This document shows, one piece after another, positions 12,478 through 28,100 of a DNA stretch of 64,000 bases. Where the stretch lies: assembly GCF_044704955.1 (NCBI RefSeq), contig NC_091980.1, positions 128,464,001 through 128,528,000 of the forward strand, in the 5' to 3' direction. Each line of letters begins with the position of its first letter. The first letter of the stretch is position 1. The notes beneath the pieces are model-generated. The model was not told the DNA's origin, did not search any database, and saw nothing but the letters and a program-made list of their open reading frames with translations. The stretch comes from Pristiophorus japonicus (Eukaryota). The position numbers and the translations under genes were made by a program.

Positions 12478-13442
12478 ATTTGGTCTCCCCAATTTAGAGG
12501 AGACCACATTGTGAGCAGCGAACAGTATACTAAATTGCAAGAAGTACAAGTAAATTGCTGTTTAATCTGGAAGGAGTGTTTGATGCTCTGAACAGTGGGA
12601 AAGGAGGAGGTAAATGGGCAGGTGTTGCATCTCCAGCACTTTTGCGGGAATGTGCTGTCGGAAAGGGAGTGAGTGCTGTAGGTGATTCAGGAGTGGACCA
12701 GAGTGTCACGGAAGGAGAGGTCCCTTCTAATGCTGAAAGATGAGGGAAAGGGAAGAGGTGTTTGCTAGTAGGATCGCTCTGAAGGTGGCAAAAATGAAGA
12801 AGGATGAACCGTTCAACGTGGAGGCTGGTGGTGTGGAAGGTGAGGACAAGAGGAACTGTATCGTGGTTCTGCGAGTGAGGGAAAGGGCTTAGAGCAGAAG
12901 TGCGGGAAATGGAACGCACATGGTCAAGGGCCATGTCAATCATGGAGAGGATATGAGGCTGAAATCTCAGCTCAGGGTCAAATGGCCTGGAAGAGGGATG
13001 GAGTCGGTGGCTAGGGAATGCAGTTTGTGGTGGTGAAGTTAATTTTAAAAATAAGTGCCTGATTCATGTTGGTAAGACTTTTGTAAAATAGATTTAAGCT
13101 GAGCTGATCGCACTCGACAAATGTTACAGAATAGTGCAAGACATTAACCTATTGTGACACCATATTCTAGAATGCTAATACTCACTGAACCATGGGACAT
13201 TAGGAGGTTAAATATACCGAGTGTAAGAGACAAGATGGGTCTATACTCAACATGGATATTTTCTCTTTCCTTGTTTTGGCCTCATTGGCCTATGTGGAAG
13301 AACGTGAGACAGAAGCAGCTGAGATGACTATGTAGGGGTAAAGCAGTCTATGAGCTCACACTGAGTGTCGAGTAAATGGAGGGTGCAAGTAATGTCAGAG
13401 GTAGTGGTTAGCACTGGAGAAAAGCAGTTTGGATTCGTTCTT

Positions 13443-16400
13443 AGAATCATTGAAATTTACAGCACGAAAGGGGGCCATTTTGGCCCATCGTGTCAGCGCC
13501 GGCCGACCAAGAGCTATTCAGCCTAATCCTATTTTCCAGCTCTTGGTCCATAGCCCTGTAGGTTACAGCATTTTAAAGTGCACATCCAAGTCTTTTTTAA
13601 ATGTGGTGAGGCTTTCTGCCTCTGCCACTCTTTCAGGCAATGAGTTCCTGACCCCCACCATCCTCTGGGTGAAGAAATTTCCACTCATATCTCCTCTAAA
13701 CCACCCCGCCAATTACTTTAAATCTATGTCCTCCTGGTTGTTGACCCCTCTGCCAAGGAAAACAAGTCTGTCCTATCGACTCTATCCAGGCCCCTCAAAT
13801 TTATACACCTCAATCAGCTCCTCCCTCAGCCTCCTCTGATCCAGAGAAAACAGACCCAGCATCTCCAATCTTTCCTCATAGCCAAAATTGTCCAGCATTC
13901 TTGTAAATGTCCTCTGCATCCTTTCCAGTACAATCACATTTTTCCTGTAATGTGGTGACCAGAACTGCACACAGTACTCCAGCTGCCGCCTAACCAGTGT
14001 TTTATACAGGTCAAGCATAACCTCCTTGCTCTTGTATTCCATGCCTCGACTATTAAAGGTAAATATTCCATATGCCTTCTTAGCCACCTTAGCTACCTGG
14101 TCTGCTACCTTCAGGGATCTGTGGACCTGCACTCCTAGGTCCCAATTTTCCTCTGCACTTTTCAGTGTTGTACATTTAAAGTGTATTACTTCCCTTGTTA
14201 GACCTCCATTAATGCATTACCTCACACTTATCTGGATTGAATTCCATTTGCCACTGTTCTGTCCACCTGACCAGTACATTGATATCTTCCTGCAGTCTGC
14301 AGCTTTCTTCTGCTTTATCAACCCCACAGCCTATTTTAGTTTCACTTGAAAATGTTTTCATCATACCTCCAACATTCAAGTCCAAGTCACTGATATATAT
14401 CACAAAAAGCAAGGGACCCAGCACTGAGCCCTGCGGAACCTCACTGGATACAGCCTTCCAGTCACAAAAACACCCATCAACCATGTAGGATGTTTGTTTT
14501 TTCACTCTATCCTGATTCCTGGACCTCGGAACTTATAGTGGGAAAGGACAACACATAGTACAACATTTTAGGCTTAACCCAGTGTCAATTTTCTTATGCA
14601 ACAAAAACTAACTAAAACTACAGAACTAGACATACAATCACCAAAGATTCGTGGTCCTTGATTCCGTGGCCTGCTGTTTCTTCTTCCAGCTTTTCTCTGC
14701 AGTTTCTGTTCCTTTTCTGCTGCTTCTTCTTGTGTTGCCTGTCCGTCTTCTGTTGCCTGTCCTTCTTCAGTTGTCTGTCCTCCTTCTTGTGAGCTGCTTT
14801 TTGCTCGCATATTTTTCCAGGTTTTGAATAAGTTCCCCACTGGGCCGAGATCTGATTATCGATATGGTGATCTGTTTAACTGTTTGTGGTGATGTGTTTG
14901 AATGGCTACTAATTTGCACACGGAGTCGACAATGCAAAAGATATTTCCTTATGCTGAATGCTGATATCCAAAAATTGGCATTCCATGGGGTCCTTTGTCG
15001 TCCGGTCTTTTTACAGACTCGATGTCTCCAGTGGCTGTTTTCCCCACCCAAGGTCAATCAAGTTCAAAGCATCACGTAACAACTCCATTGTTGTTATGCA
15101 TGAAGTTAGTTTTATGTCCTTGACCACAGAATGACCTTAATTGTCCAGATTCATTCAAATACTTGGATCAATAAATTTTTAGTTCATGGTCTGTGTTTTT
15201 TTTGAAGATTAGTAAACCATCAGCCATTGTTTCCTGTTCCTGAACCAATTTTGGATCCAACTTGCCTCTTTGCCCTGGATCACATGGGTTTTTACTTTTA
15301 TGACCAATCTGTCACGTGGGACCTTATCAAAAACTTTGCTAAAATTCATATGCACCATATCATATGTACTACCCTCATCGACCCTCCTGGTTATCTCCTC
15401 GAAAAATTGTATCAAGTTACAGACACGACCTTCCCTTAAAGAATCCAAGCTGACTGCCCTTGATTAATCCATGTCTTTCCAAGTGAAGATTTCTTCTGTC
15501 CCTCAGGATTTTTTCCAATAACATTCCCACCACTGAAGTTGGAACAAAGAGCTTCATCTGGTGGACTACTGCTCCACCTAGTGGACTACTGTGGTAATGC
15601 AGCCATTGCTGGAACTACAATAAAAGCATCAGGTGACAGGTCACCTGACAAGTTCCTGTGTTGAACCATCTTGTAAGTGTGTGTTTGTGATGTTGTAGAG
15701 AATATACCACATTGGCGATGAAGGATCAGATTCCTGGATACCCCAGCTGAAATTTTTGTTGGTGGATGATTTCAGCCAAACAGCAGAGAGACTAGAGAGG
15801 TCCTTTGTGTTAACAGCTAAACATACAAGGTAAATTACAAGCACACTTGGATGAAATGAAGAGTCCAGATGGCTGCGCCGATAGGAATAATAGGTCACTT
15901 GGGTGGATTTCATTAAGACCAAGAGACTTTTGGAATGTATGTGGAGCGGCTAGAAATGTTTTTTTACTGCAAATAGTATCATCGAAGTCCGCGAGGATGA
16001 AAACCATAACCGGGTTGTTTTAGAAAGAAAACAGGATATTTTCCTGACTGAAGCAAGCCCCGAGGTGTATGAAACCCTGAAAATGTTGCTTCTTCCCGTC
16101 AAGCCATAGGACGTATCAATTACGGAGATTAGCACTGCAGTCCAGAGCCACTGGAAATTGCTGAAAGTTACCGTTTTGGGAAACAAGATCAATTCATTGA
16201 CGAAAGTATCAGTGAGTACATTGTAGCATTAAAAAAGCTATCCATTTACTGTCATTTCAGAAACTTTCAGGACCGAGCATTGCGTTACCACTTTGTTTGT
16301 GGCATGAAAAATGAAGTGATCAGAAGAAAGTTGTTGACAACCCCTAACTTGTCAGACAGCTATGTCAATGGATATGGCCAGCCAATATTCACGAGAATTT

Positions 16401-19400
16401 TGTACCATTTCCAGTTGTCGGACAACTGAGGGTGAAACACTTACAGGTTAAAAGTGAAAGGCAGTTGGGCCCCAACGCCTCAGCAACTGGCCAAGTTAAC
16501 AAAGCATTGAAATCATGCTATCGGTGCCTGGGAGAACACATTGATCAAAGTTGTCTGTATGTGAAGGCAGAGTGTTTCTTCTGCAAGAAAACTGTGCATC
16601 TTGCAAAGGCATGCTGACTGAAGAGTACATCAACTTTCAAGGCAATAAGTAAAAATCCCCAGAGACTACAGAGAATTGAAGAAAAGCAACAGGATGAAGA
16701 GAAACATGTCATCAGGGGCATGAGGATATCTAACAGCGATTCGGGAAGTATCCTCATCCAAGTAGACATTACAGGAACCAGGATACCCATGGAAATCGAC
16801 ACTGGTGAATCCGTGATGTAGTACCGGAATCGCTAAATCTTTACAAGTTGAGTGATTTTCTACAAAGATAGAGCTGAAAGGCTAATCAGGAGAGAAAATC
16901 CCTGCGGTAGGACGTATCAACATACCGGTGAAATATAAGGATCAATTTCAGAGCTTCCCTCTATTTGTAGAGGCAGGAGACAAACCTGCCTTACTAGGTA
17001 GAAATTCGTTGGGATCACTGAAGTTGGATTGGAATGAGATTTTCTTATTGAAACGAGATTTGCATTCAAGGAAGGTGTTTTGTGAAACAGGCAGTCCGGT
17101 CCATGATCTCAAGGCAAGTGTCAGGGTACAGAAGGACGCGAGACCAGTTTACTGCAAACTATGTCCCATCCCATACGCACTCAAGGAGAAAGTTGAGCAA
17201 GAACTCAAAAGACAAGAAATTGAGACCATTATCTCTAAGGTCGATCTATGTAATTGGGCTACACCATTGTTGTTCTACCGAAGTCAGATGGTAAGGTGAG
17301 GTTGTGCGGTGATTATAAAGTAACGGTAAACCAGGTTTTCGAAGGTAAGCTCCCAAATTCATTGCCAAATGTAGAAGATTTGTTCACAATGCTGACAGAT
17401 GATCAGATCTTCTCAAAGTTAGATCTCACAAATGCCTACATACAACGTGAACTCGATGAGGAGTCCAAGTCATGGTTGATTATAAATACTCATCCAAGCC
17501 TAGATCAATTTAATAGGCTACCATTTGGAGTGTCTTCTGCCCCCACCACATTCCAAGGAGTGATGAACCAGATTTTGCAAGGCATTGAAGAGGTAGTATG
17601 TTATTAAGATGACATACTCATTTCAGCAACAAACAGGCAAATCTATAACGTATTGAATGAAGTGCTCAAATGGCTAGAGAAGCACAGAGTACGAGTGACT
17701 GAGCACAAGTGTGAGTTATTTCAAAACTCAGTGGCGCACTTAGGGCACAGAGTTGACAAAGATGGTTTATATGAAACCAAGGGAAAGCTGGATGCAATTA
17801 GAAATGCACCCACACCCAAGAATGTCACTGAACTGCGATCATTTTTGGGTCTTTTTAACTATTATGGAAAGTTCGTACCAAATTTGGCTACAGTGTTACA
17901 TCCACTGAATGAGCTGTTCGCTCACTATGCCGTATCTAAGGAGATCAAATGAGCATATGATGCCTCTCAGTATGGAGTTTGGACAGTGATCTCTCATGTA
18001 CTACACAGTGGGGCGGAGAGACCAATTGCTTTTGCTTCATGCATTCTTTGTGCCAGTGAGCGTAAATATGCGCTAAATCGAAAGGGAAGTTTTGGCATGA
18101 ATTTCTGGTGTCAAGAAGCACCACAAATACTTGTATGTTCGTAAGTTTAGCATTGTTACAGACCATAAGCCTCTGATAGTGATCCTCCATCCAAAGTCCC
18201 CAATTCCAACCTTAGCTGCAGCCCGAATGCAGAGATGGGCTATGATTCTGTCAGCAGATATGTATGACATTGAATACAGACGATCAGCTGATCACAATAG
18301 TGCTGATTCGATGTCTAGATTGCCTTCCCCATCAGAAGTTACAGCCAATAGGGAAGAAGTGTTCTATATTTCATACATTGATGAAGTGAAATTCACAGCT
18401 GAAGAGACTGGTAGAGCAACCAAACGTGTCCCAGTTATGTCAAAGTTGTATGATTACATCGCAACTGGCTGGCCAAACCATGTATTCATCCATACTTCGT
18501 TTGCAGGAATATATTATCAGTGGATAAAGATTGTATCATGTGGGGCACAAGAGCGAATATACCAAATAAATTCAGGTCCAGATCATTAGGAGATCTTCAT
18601 GATCAGCACCTGGGAATGTGCTTGACCAAGAGTTTTGCACGCAGTTATTTATGGTGGCCAGATCTAGATAAAGATATAGAGTACATCATTAGTCAGTTTA
18701 CAACATGTCAATCGGTAAGCATGAAACCACCATCAGTACTATTACAGCGAAGGAAATGGCCTCCCAGGGTGTGGCAAAGGTTCCATATCGATTTTGCTGA
18801 GCTAGAAGGAGAGCAATTGTTCATTGTGATTGAAAGCCATTCGAAGCAGGTCGAGGTATTTCCAATGTGTAAAATAACAATAAAACAGTAGACAATTTGC
18901 AAATATAATTTTCTTCTTATGGCCTCCCAGAAGAAATTGTGTCTGATAATGCACCACAATTTTGTTTAGAAGAATTTGCAGAGTGCACGAGCAGAAATGG
19001 TGTGAAATATATCAATGTTCCACCATACCACCGTGCTTCAAATGGTGCAGCAGAGCGCACATTACAAATTGTAAAATGTGCCCTCATCAAACAAATGTTT
19101 TATTCAAATCCAAACAAACAGTAGCTGTCGTTGGACCACAAATTGGCTAATTTTCTAATTACTTATTGTAATACTCCTCATCCAACTACTGGTAGAACAC
19201 CAACAAAGTTGTTTCTCAAACGACAACAAAGAACCAGGTTCTCGTTGTTAAAGCCAAACTTGGTACAGTCAGTAGAAGAGAAACAATTAAGACAGAAAGA
19301 GCATCATGATAGAGGTAGAGTAGGAGAGAGAAGTGTGAAATTAAATCAGAAGGTGAGAGTGAAGAACCATCACCATAAATGGTTAAAGTGGTTACCAGAA

Positions 19401-20190
19401 AGAGTGGTGAAGATATGTGGTCCTCGCACATATTTGATAAAGATTTTTGATCATGGAAAGGTTAGGTTTTGTCACCTTGATCGTACTGTACCTACAGATA
19501 TGGAAGCAGTTGAAAGTTGGAATGATTTGATTAATTCCGACTCATCGGATTGTTTTGTTACAAGTAGAATACCAATAGCAAATCCTACATCAGATGTACT
19601 GGAAACAAGCCCAAGAGAAAATCAGAATCTGAGTCAGGCAGACAAACAGTCTGAAGTTGTCGAGTTCAAATGTAGATCAAGGGCATCCCTTGGAGGAAAA
19701 CTTTCCTCCGGCTCAGCCTGGAATGAATCTAAGTTCGACACCATGTTTGCTAAGTTCTGTTCGAGAAACAGGTATCCTCTTCAAAACCGAGAACAAGTGA
19801 AGTTCGATTTGTAAATATGGCAAAATAAGTCAATATCTTTTGTTATGTATAACTATGCAAGTTATGTACGATGATGATTTTGTTATGATTACTTCTTCAT
19901 TAAAGGAGGGAGAAATGTAATAAAGAGCTCCATCAAGTGGACTACTGTGGTAATGCAGCCATTGCTAGAAATACAATAAAAGCAACAGGTGGCAGGTCAC
20001 CTGACAAGTTGCTGTGTTGAAGCCATCTTCTAAGTATGTGTTTGTGATGTTGTAGAGAAGATACCACAGAGATTAGGCTGACTGGCCTGTAATTACTCGG
20101 TCAATCCATTTCTTTCCTTTTAAACAGATGTACATTAGCAGTCCTCCAGTACTTTGTCATCACACCTGTAGCCAGAGAGGAGTGGAAAAT
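13443..20190 (-). mobile_element. CR1 LINE 3' portion (13443-14483, 15217-15539, 20069-20190), split by an unknown insert and LTR element C
   Basis: ORF2 motifs FSKVFDKVP, VPQGSVLGPLLF, YKTLVRRQLEYCVQFWSPH. Confidence 0.85.
15540..20068 (+). mobile_element. Gypsy (Mag-like) LTR element C, decayed
   Basis: LTRs 15540-15711 and 19916-20068; TSD GAAGT/GAGAT; PBS TGGCGATGAAGGAT; PPT AAAGGAGGGAGAAA; zinc knuckle CYRCLGEH..CFFCKK, RT VRLCGDYK, integrase HIDFA/SDNAPQF; many stops. Confidence 0.9.
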
Positions 20191-21278
20191 GATGATCTTA
20201 TCTAGGATGAGCTTTAATTAATAGTATTTCTCCATGGAGGAGAGATGGACCCCCTTGCCATGGACAGCAGGTTAAAATCAGGCTGCATCTTTGAATAGGA
20301 CAGCAATTATTTTGACTTTAAAAAAAAAAAAAAAAAATTGATGCAAGGGTTTGGAAATTTACAAATGAGATGCCCCTTAAATTTAGTTTTCACACTCCAC
20401 TGACAGGCTGTGGGCACATTCCTCAGTTGCTGTAGCCCTTCATTGCTTATTCCTCCTTGTATTGTGAATGAATACATTTGGAAGGGGAATGATAATTTGA
20501 GCTTCCATACATACATACGGGTGAGTAGCGCAGTGTTTCCTATAGTTGGAGCAGTGTTGCAAATCCACCTGTGTACTTTCATCCAAATTGCCCCATTGCA
20601 CACACACTGATGGGGATATTTGTGTGTGTAAATTGGCCACTAAAAAAAAAAAAAGTTGCCTGAACAGCAAAAGAACTTCAATGGCTATGACGTCCTTTGG
20701 GCTGTCCTGTATGAAAGGCGTCAAATCAAGGCAAAATTTGATTAACCTTGACTCAGGCGCTCACACACTTGTCTCTGCAGTTGTCAGTCAACTATGATCT
20801 TATGGAATGGTGGAACAGGCAAAAGGTGCAATTGGGCATGCTCCTACTTCAGTTTTTAGGTATTAGCATGGAGTGGGGTGAACATTGACCCAATATATTT
20901 AGGTGATTATCTATATAAACAGTTAACCATTAGCACAGTCCTAAGTTCAGAGCGAGGAACACATGTATGAGTATCCATGGATATACACCAGAGGAAAAAT
21001 AAATTTCATCGGACTTAATCTATAAAAAAAAACCTGTTACAAAACTCAGTGTAATTCTTGTTTGATGTAAACCACATTATGTTAATTGAAAAATAAGCAA
21101 CCACCTCAAATATACAAGATGACAAAATCCAGTCCAATGTTGAACATTTTATTGACAGCTATGTTACATTTCACATCAAGCACACAGCTCTTTGTACAAA
21201 GTCATAAGCCTTAATTGCCGACAGGACAGGAGTCTAAATTTTAGGAATACAAGAACTAAACAAATCCCGTCAGTCAAT

Positions 21279-23161
<1,883 letters not shown>

Positions 23162-23180
23162 CTTGATTCTTTAATACAAA

Positions 23181-23400
23181 TCTAAACTTTGTTGAAACAA
23201 CAAACTGGGATGTAACTTACCTTAAAAGCCTGTATTTATGCTTCAGTATAATCCAGGGTGTGGCAGTTGAGATCATGAGTGACAGCCCTCAATACCCAAT
23301 CAGAAGTTGCAGCCTCTCAGAGCACCAATCAACTAAAGGGATAGGGGAGATGGACTCCCAGAGCCAGTCAGATCTTTGAAGAATGAGCATCATTGGCTGA
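23181..23400 (-). promoter_or_regulatory. Ferritin copy 2 promoter with variant TATA (CATAAATA) and degenerate IRE
   Basis: CATAAATA at 23240-23233; three CCAAT boxes; IRE remnant TTGTTTCAACAAAGTTTAGA within 23206-23181. Confidence 0.65.
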
Positions 23401-23940
23401 CAACTCAATGAGGATCGAAATTGTCCTAACTTTCCTCAAACACAGTTCAGATATCCAGAATCACAGGTTTAAATGAATCCCCTACTCTTTAGGCAAATCA
23501 ATTGGGAAAATCTTAAACCATAAGTGCCCTCTTTATAAAGGGGAATGAACAATAAGTTCAAATGTGACAAAAGTAACATAAAAACTTTTCAAATTATAAT
23601 TTAGTTCCCTGTATCCACCCTGCACTCCAGTCCCTCTGGTGCGCACCTGTCACGGAAAGCCTCCAACATACCAGCAGACAATCCTCCATGGACAGCCGGG
23701 GCATGGATATAGCTGTGAAGAGAGGCAGGCAGACGGAGCGAACTCCCCATCGACCGTGCTCTGCCTGGACCAGGTAATTGCTACCTTGAAAGGTTAATTG
23801 AATCCTCTGTTGTTTATGAGTCAGTGTCTTTTTAATAGTTCTGGATGCTTCAGTGCGTGTATGAGGATCACCATCGTTCATTGGGTTGGTCATGTGCAGG
23901 TATCTATGGGTTTGTTGTAACATAAAAACATAGTGGTTGT

Positions 23941-25155
23941 GGGCCCAATTTTGACAATGATTTGCATCAATTTTTTTGGAGTAAGTTGTTTTTTCTGGCG
24001 TAAGTTAAAACATGCCATTTTCCCCCCAAAATTTGCTCCAGAGTAAGTCAGTTAGGTGCGATTTTTTTGAGTTCAGTTTTTTTTTCAAAAGGTGGCGTTC
24101 CCAGACACTTACACCATTTATTCCACTTTGGCCAGCAAAAACTTACTCCAAATCGACTTAGGTCAGCATATGTGGCCAGCTCTGAAAAACATTGCGGGCA
24201 GTTAAGAAATCGGTGCAGGTAAGTACATTTAAAGCACCAAGATTTACAAAGCACTAAACAAATCACAAAAAGTAATAAGCAATCAATCAACAACAAATTT
24301 TTATGCCTTTATGACAGAATCAAGTTTTTTTTTTAAAGTTCACCCCGCCGCCATCAAAACACTCTTTCTTCTCCCCCCGGCCATCGAAACACTCTTTCTC
24401 CACCCCCGCCCACACCCCCATCAAAACACTCTTTCTCCCTTTCTGCGCCCCGATCAAAACACTCTTTCTCTCCCCTCCCCGATCAAAACACTCTTTCTCC
24501 CTTTCTGCGCCCCTATCAAAACACTCTTTCTCTCCCTCCCCGATCAAAACACTCTTTCTCCCCCCACCTCCCACTTCAAAATCCTCTTTCTCTCCGCCGC
24601 CCCCATCAAAACACTCTTTCTCCCCCACAGCCCCGCATCAAAACACGCTTTCTCCCCCCGCCCCCAAACGTTCTTTTTCCCCCCCCGCCAAAAAAACTCT
24701 CCTTCTCTTCCCCCTCCCACCAATGAAAACTCTCAAGCACAACTATCAATAAATAAAAAATAAAACCAAGTCCTACCTCGCCCGCGAACAAAGCGGGCCG
24801 GCCGGCCGGTGTGGGAGGCCACTCGGCCGGGGATAGGGTCCGACGAGATCAGGCCGTCCCTTTGGCCGGGGATAGGGGCTGCGAACATCAAGTCCAGCTC
24901 ACAGCCCGCAGGACAGGCTGGGATGGCAGGAGCATGCGTGCAGACTTCACTGCGCATGCGCGCAGCTGCCGGCAATGCTTTCTGCGCTGGCCTGTTGGTC
25001 CGCCCCCCATTGTACAATGCACGCCACGCTGGGACTCCGGGGACTCGGAAGAGCGGCCAGGATGGGGCGAATTTTTTCCGGCGCCGTTTCCAGCGTGCAA
25101 AGTCGCCGCATTTAAGGTAAGTGCGCCAAAAAACGGGTTGGGCAAAATTGAGCCC
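23941..25155. mobile_element. Non-autonomous TIR DNA element (MITE, possibly PIF/Harbinger-like)
   Basis: Termini GGGCCCAATTTTG...CAAAATTGAGCCC; degenerate 3-bp TSD; splits the AGTGGTTATGTTACTGG head of the neighbouring LINE; related copy at 47756-48638. Confidence 0.75.
24345..24730. repeat. ~30-bp minisatellite (ATCAAAACACTCTTTCTC plus C-rich spacer), about 12 units
   Basis: Repeated core visible directly; gives spurious IKTLFL/DQNTLS ORFs. Confidence 0.85.
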
Positions 25156-28100
25156 CATGTTACTGGACTAATAATCCAGAGACCTCGACTAATGTTTAAT
25201 CCCACCACAGCAGCTGGGGAATTTAAATTCAGTTAATTAAATAAAAATCTGGAATAAAAAGCTGGTATCAGTAATGTTGACCAGGAAGCTATCGGATTTT
25301 CATAAAATCCCATCTGATTCACTAATGTCCTTTAGGGAAGGAAATCTGCCACCCTTCCCCGGTCTGGCCTGTATATGACTCCAAACCCACAGCAATGTGG
25401 TTGACTCTTAATTGCCCTCTGAAATGGCCTAGCAAGCCACTCAATTTTTAACAAACCGCTATGAGAAACAATAATAAGAATAAAACAGGACGAGCCACCT
25501 GGCATCGGCCACAGTACACCCAGCCCAGTCGATCCTGCAAAGTCCTCCTCACTACTGTCTGGCGAATTGTGTCAAAATTGGGAGAGCTGTCCTACAGACT
25601 AGTCAAGCAACAGCCTGACATAGTCATACTCACAGTATCATACATTTCAGCCAATGTCTCAGCTTCCTCCATCACCATCCCTGGGTATGTCCTGCCCCAC
25701 CATCAGGGCAGAAACATCAGAGGTTGTGGTAAAGTGGTATACAATCGGTAAGGAGTTTCCCTGGAAGTCCTCAACATTGACTCGAGATCGCATGAAGTCT
25801 CATGGGTTCAGATAAAGCATGAGCATAGCTGAGAGACATAGCTGCCAGATTGGGCCTGCGACAAGTGGTGAGAGAACCAATGGAAGGGAAAAAGCTATTT
25901 GAACTTGTCTTCCTCAATCTACCTGTCGCAGATGCACCTGTCCATTACAGCATTGGTAGTGGTGACCACCAGACTGTTCTTATGGAGATGAAGTCCGGTC
26001 TTCACACTGAGGACACTCCCCATCTTGCTGTGTGGCACTACCACTGTGCTAAATGGAATCAATTCTGAACAGATCTAGCATCTCAAAACTGGGCATCCAG
26101 GAGGTGCTGTGGGCAATCAGCAGCCGCAGAATTGAATTCCACCAAAATCTGTAACCTTATGGTCGGCATATTGTTCACTCATTACCATCAAGGCAAGGGA
26201 CCAAACCTGGTTCAAGGAGGAGTGCAGAAGAGAATGCCAGGAACAACACCAGTTGTACCTAAATAGAGGTGCCAATCTGGGGAAGTTGCAACACAGGAAT
26301 ATATGCATGCTGAACAACAGAAGCAGCATGCTATAGACAGAGCTAAATAATCCCACAATCAATGGCTCAAATCAAAACTCTGCAGTCCTGCCACATCCAG
26401 TCGTGAATATTGATGGACCATTAAACAACTAACGGGAGGAGGAGGCTCCATGGATATCACTGTCCTCAATGATGGAGGAGCCCAGCTCGTCACTGCAAAA
26501 GACAAGGCTGAAGCGTTTGCAATCATCATCAGCCAGAATTGCCTCATAGATGATCCATCTCAGCCTCCTGCTGTGGTCCCCACCATCATCGAGGTCAGTC
26601 TACAGCCAATTCAATTCACGTCACGTGATATCAAGAAATGGCTGAGTGCACTGGAGATAGAAAAGATTATGGGCTGCGACAACATTCCGGTTGTCGTGCT
26701 GAAGACTTGTGCTCCAGAACTAGCCGTGCCTCGAGCCAAGCTGTTCCAGTACAGCTACAACACTGGCATTTACCCGACTAAGTGGAAAACTGCCCAGGTA
26801 TGTCCTGTCCGCAAAAATCAGGACAAAGCAAATTCGGCCAAATACTTCCCCGATCAGTCTGCTCCCAATTATCAGCAAAGTGATGTAAGGTGTCATCAAT
26901 TGTGCTAACAAAGTGTTATTTACTCACCAATAACCCGATCACTGATGCTCATTTGGGTTCTGCCAGGACCACTCAGCTCCAGACCTCATTACAGCATTGG
27001 TCCAAACATGGACAAAAGAGCTAAATTCCAGGGAGAGGCCATACGGCCCATCGAATCTGTGTCCGCTCATTCAACTATTGAATCTGTTTCCACCACCCTA
27101 TCAGGCAGAGCATTCCATATCCTAAATCACTCGTTGAGTTAAAAAATGTTTCTTCATGTCGCCTCTGGTTCTTTTGCTAATCACCTTAATTCTGTGCCTT
27201 CTAATAATTGACCTTTCAGCCATTGGAAATAGTTTCTGTTGATTGACTGAGCTAAGCGATCCCACAATTAACGGATCAGATCAAAGCTTTGCATTCCTGC
27301 CACATCCAGTTATGAATGATGGTGGATAATTAAACAACTAACTGGAGGAAAAAGCTTCATTAATATCCCCATCCTCAATGATGGCGGAGCCCAGCACGAG
27401 TGCAAAAGACAAGCTTGAAGCACTTGCGACGACCTTCAGCCGGAAGTGCCTCATGGATGATCCATTTCAGCCTCCTGCTGAGGTCCCCACCATCACAGAA
27501 GCCAATCTTCAGACCATTCAATTCACTTCATGCGATATCAAGAAACGGCTGAGCTCACTAGATGCAGCAAGAACGAACCGTGCCTCTAGCCAAGCTGTTC
27601 CAAGTACAGCTGCAACACTGACATCTACCCGACAATGAGTAAAACTGTCCAGGTATGTCTTGCCCAAAATAGCCAGGACAAATCTAATCCAGCCAATTAC
27701 TGCCCCATCAGTCTACTCTCACCCATCAGCAAAGTGATGGAAGGTGTAGTCGACAGTGTTATCAAGCAGTACTTACTCACTAATATTCTGTACACTGATG
27801 CTCAGTTTAGGTTCGCCCAGGACCACTCATCTGCAGTACTCATTACAGCCTTGGTTCAAACACGGACAAAAGAGCAGAATTATATGTGAGGTGAGAGTGA
27901 CTGTCCTTGACATCAAGACAGCATTTGACCGTGTGTGGCATCAAGGATCCTTGGTAAAATTGAAGTCAATGGGAATCAGGGCGAAAACTCTCCACTGGCT
28001 GGAGTCATACCTAACACCAAGGAAGATGGTTGTCAATTATCTCAGCCACAGGACATCACTGCAGGAGTTTCTCAGGGCAGTGTCCGAGGCCCAACCATCT

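Larger units (their letters stand above)
3290..13030 (-). mobile_element. Penelope-like (GIY-YIG) element fragment interrupted by LTR element A and an RTE piece; uninterrupted paralog ~53025-54210, partial 44715-45110
   Basis: Segments 3290-3521, 11696-12077, 12494-13030; decayed GETKCRLGDRFAKH...SHSDLSV GIY-YIG motif; joined sequence is colinear with 53025-54210. Confidence 0.7.

Noticed and set aside
24311-24763. 150-aa and 102-aa repetitive ORFs
   Set aside because: Translations of a minisatellite inside a MITE.
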